From NCBI RefSeq assembly GCF_035623875.1, contig NZ_DASPSP010000018.1:8244-72243 (forward strand): a stretch of 64,000 nt of DNA. Reading direction: 5' to 3'. The DNA is from Mycobacterium sp. Lineage in GTDB: Bacteria > Actinomycetota > Actinomycetes > Mycobacteriales > Mycobacteriaceae. Every line of letters starts with the position of its first letter. Within the stretch, counting starts at the first letter, position 1. The notes beneath the pieces were generated by a model. It saw only the letters and a list, made by a program, of their open reading frames with translations, was not told the DNA's origin and did not search any database. Below, one piece after another: positions 61,902 through 64,000 of this stretch. The translations under genes were made by a program, and so were the position numbers.

Positions 61902-63155
61902 TCAGCGCGTTGGCCATGGACTGTAGTCGGCGATCAGCTCCTCCTGCGGCGGTCGCTGATCGTCGGGCACATGCTGCAGGTTGATCCGAATCCGGTACCA
62001 GATCGAACTCGGTCCGCGCATCCCGTCGACCAGCACGTCGGAGGGCTGCAGTCGATCCGCCGCCGCGGGATAGCGGTCGCGCCAGGTGTCCAGGGCGGCC
62101 ATCGCCTCATCCTTGGTCTTGGTGCGGGCGATCTCGATGAGCGGCATCACGGACTGGCGGCGGCCAGTGCCCGCACTGGCCTCACTGCGGCGTGCACCTT
62201 TGGGCGCCTTCTCGGCGGGGCCGAGTTCCTCGGCCAGCGCGAGCAGTCCGTCCAGGCCGGCGGCGGCTCCCCCCTCATCCGAGTCCATTCCTTCCCACGG
62301 GTCGCCGATGTCGGCGAACCGCTCCGGCACCGTCGTGAGGGTGAACGCTGCCGGGTCGCAGTCGGCGACCTCACCCCAGTGCAGCGGCGTCGACACCCGC
62401 GCATCCGGCGTGGCCCGCACCGAATACGCCGATGCGACCGTGCGGTCCTTGGCGTTCTGGTTGAAGTCCACGAACACGCCCTGGCGTTCTTCCTTCCACC
62501 AGCGGCTGGTCGCCAGGTCGGGGGCGCGTCGCTCTACTTCCCGCGCCACCGTCTGGGCGGCCAGCCGCACCTGTCGAAACGACCAGCCCGGCACGATGCG
62601 CGCATATATATGGAAGCCACGCGACCCGGACGTCTTCGGCCACGCAGTCAGCCCGTGATCCTCCAGCACGTCGCGGGCCACCAGTGCGACGTCGAGAATC
62701 TGCCGCCATCCGACCCCGGGCATCGGATCCAAATCGACGCGTAGCTCGTCCGGGTGCTCGAGATCGTCGGCGAGCACCGGATGCGGATTGAGGTCAATGC
62801 AGCCCAGATTGATCGCCCAGACCAGCCCGGCGGCGTCATGGATGACGGCCTCCTTGGCCGAGGTCCCGGATGCGTAGCGCAACTCGGCGACGTCCACCCA
62901 GGCCGGCCGTTTGGCGGGCGCACGCTTCTGGAAGATCGCCTCCTGCTCGATGCCTTTGACGAAGCGTTTCAGGATCATCGGCCGTCCGGCCACCCCTCGC
63001 AGGGCGCCATCAGCGACGGCCAGGTAATAGCGGACCAGGTCAAGTTTGGTAAGGCCGCCGTGCCCGCTGTGAGCACCGCGACCGGGAAAGATCACCTTGT
63101 CCGGGTGGGTGACCTCGACCTGGCGTCCGCCCACGTCCAGCGACACCGGCCCCAT
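61902..63155 (-). CDS. Stand-alone LigD-polymerase-like primase-polymerase (Rv0269c; Prim-PolD/PolD2)
   Basis: THPDKVIFP, FQKRAP, DELRVDLDP, KTSGSRGFH, FVDFNQN, YSVR. Confidence 0.9.
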   Translation of the reverse strand: MGPVSLDVGGRQVEVTHPDKVIFPGRGAHSGHGGLTKLDLVRYYLAVADGALRGVAGRPMILKRFVKGIEQEAIFQKRAPAKRPAWVDVAELRYASGTSAKEAVIHDAAGLVWAINLGCIDLNPHPVLADDLEHPDELRVDLDPMPGVGWRQILDVALVARDVLEDHGLTAWPKTSGSRGFHIYARIVPGWSFRQVRLAAQTVAREVERRAPDLATSRWWKEERQGVFVDFNQNAKDRTVASAYSVRATPDARVSTPLHWGEVADCDPAAFTLTTVPERFADIGDPWEGMDSDEGGAAAGLDGLLALAEELGPAEKAPKGARRSEASAGTGRRQSVMPLIEIARTKTKDEAMAALDTWRDRYPAAADRLQPSDVLVDGMRGPSSIWYRIRINLQHVPDDQRPPQEELIADYSPWPTR

Positions 63156-63220
63156 GGGCTGATAGTAATTCCGGACTATTTTCCAGCTGCGGTGCGACGT
63201 CCGTCACATAGGGTGAAGCT

Positions 63221-64000
63221 ATGCCTAATCTCTTTGATATTTCTGGGCAGGCAGCAGCCAAGCTTCAGCAGTATGCCGAGCGCGGGGCGGCCGAACTGCA
63301 CTACCTCCGCAAGATCATCGAGTCGGGTGCGTTCCGGTTGGAGCCGCCGCTGAACTACGCGGCAATGGCAGCCGACATTGGGAAATGGGGCGAGTTCGGC
63401 ATGCTGCCGTCGGTCAACGCCCGGCGCACTCCGAACCGGGCGGCGCTCGTCGACGAAGAGGGCGCGCTGACCTACAAGGAGCTCGACGAGGCCGCCCACG
63501 CGGTGGCGCACGGGCTGCTGGCCAAAGGCGTGCGCGGTGGCGACGGGGTGGCGATCCTGGCGCGCAACCATCGCTGGTTTGTCATCGCGAATTATGGGTG
63601 TGCGCGGGTGGGCGCCCGCATCATCTTGCTCAACAGCGAGTTCTCCGGTCCACAAATCAAGGAGGTGGCCGAGCGCGAGGGTGCCAAGCTGATCATCTAC
63701 GACGACGAGTACACCCAGGCGGTCAGCCAGGCCGATCCGCCGCTGGGGAAGCTGCGGGCGCTGGGCACCAACCCCGATAGCGACGAGCCGTCGGGCAGCA
63801 CCGACGAGACACTGGCCGACCTGGTCGCCCGGAACAGCAAATCGCCCGCACCCAGGGCCACCAAGCATGCGTCAATCATCATCCTCACCAGCGGCACTAC
63901 CGGCACCCCGAAGGGCGCGAACCGGAGTACCCCGCCGACACTGGCGCCGATCGGCGGGATCCTGTCGCACGTCCCGTTCAAGGCCGGTGAGGTGACCTCG
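63221..64000 (+). CDS. fadD2: Long-chain acyl-CoA synthetase FadD2 (Rv0270), truncated by the window end
   Basis: Manual translation MPNLFDISGQAAAKLQQYAERGAAELHYLRKIIESG...LTSGTTGTPKGA. Confidence 0.9.
   Translation, partial: MPNLFDISGQAAAKLQQYAERGAAELHYLRKIIESGAFRLEPPLNYAAMAADIGKWGEFGMLPSVNARRTPNRAALVDEEGALTYKELDEAAHAVAHGLLAKGVRGGDGVAILARNHRWFVIANYGCARVGARIILLNSEFSGPQIKEVAEREGAKLIIYDDEYTQAVSQADPPLGKLRALGTNPDSDEPSGSTDETLADLVARNSKSPAPRATKHASIIILTSGTTGTPKGANRSTPPTLAPIGGILSHVPFKAGEVTS

Noticed and set aside
61902-63155. Novel defence- or phage-associated primase-polymerase
   Set aside because: Syntenic with core Rv0269c beside fadD2, with no accessory partners.

Overview
GC-rich chromosomal window from a Mycobacterium (non-tuberculosis species; exact species not determinable). 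The backbone is collinear with M. tuberculosis Rv0223c-Rv0270: the Rv0224c-Rv0228 (TmaT/PgfA) envelope cluster, php, Rv0232-R2lox, gabD1, Rv0235c, aftD, Rv0236A, lpqI, fdmR, htdX-fabG4-fadA2-fadE5, Rv0245, the Sdh1 operon, hsp20, nnaR, aac(2'), Rv0263c/0264c, oplA, Rv0265c, Rv0269c and the start of fadD2. Rv orthology and reference residues are recognised from memory of the H37Rv proteins, not from a database search. Accessory genes occupy many slots. The most interesting are: (1) a pknD-pstS2/pstB-pstS1-pstC1-pstA2 cassette whose two binding proteins carry parallel changes at the phosphate-binding motifs while the ATPase and permeases are intact; (2) a ThDP enzyme resembling cyanobacterial 2-oxoglutarate decarboxylase, head-to-head with succinate-semialdehyde dehydrogenase; (3) a WXG100-like/alpha-beta-hydrolase gene followed by a lipoprotein (putative type VII effector-immunity pair); (4) an oplA segment bracketed by diverged ~170 bp direct repeats that include the 3' end of the Rv0265c-like gene, with a phoU relic inside; (5) a lactonase-acyl-CoA synthetase coupled pair. 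nirBD, narK3 and narU are missing from their usual positions although nnaR and a GlnR-like box array remain. I saw no rRNA, tRNA, CRISPR array or transposase.
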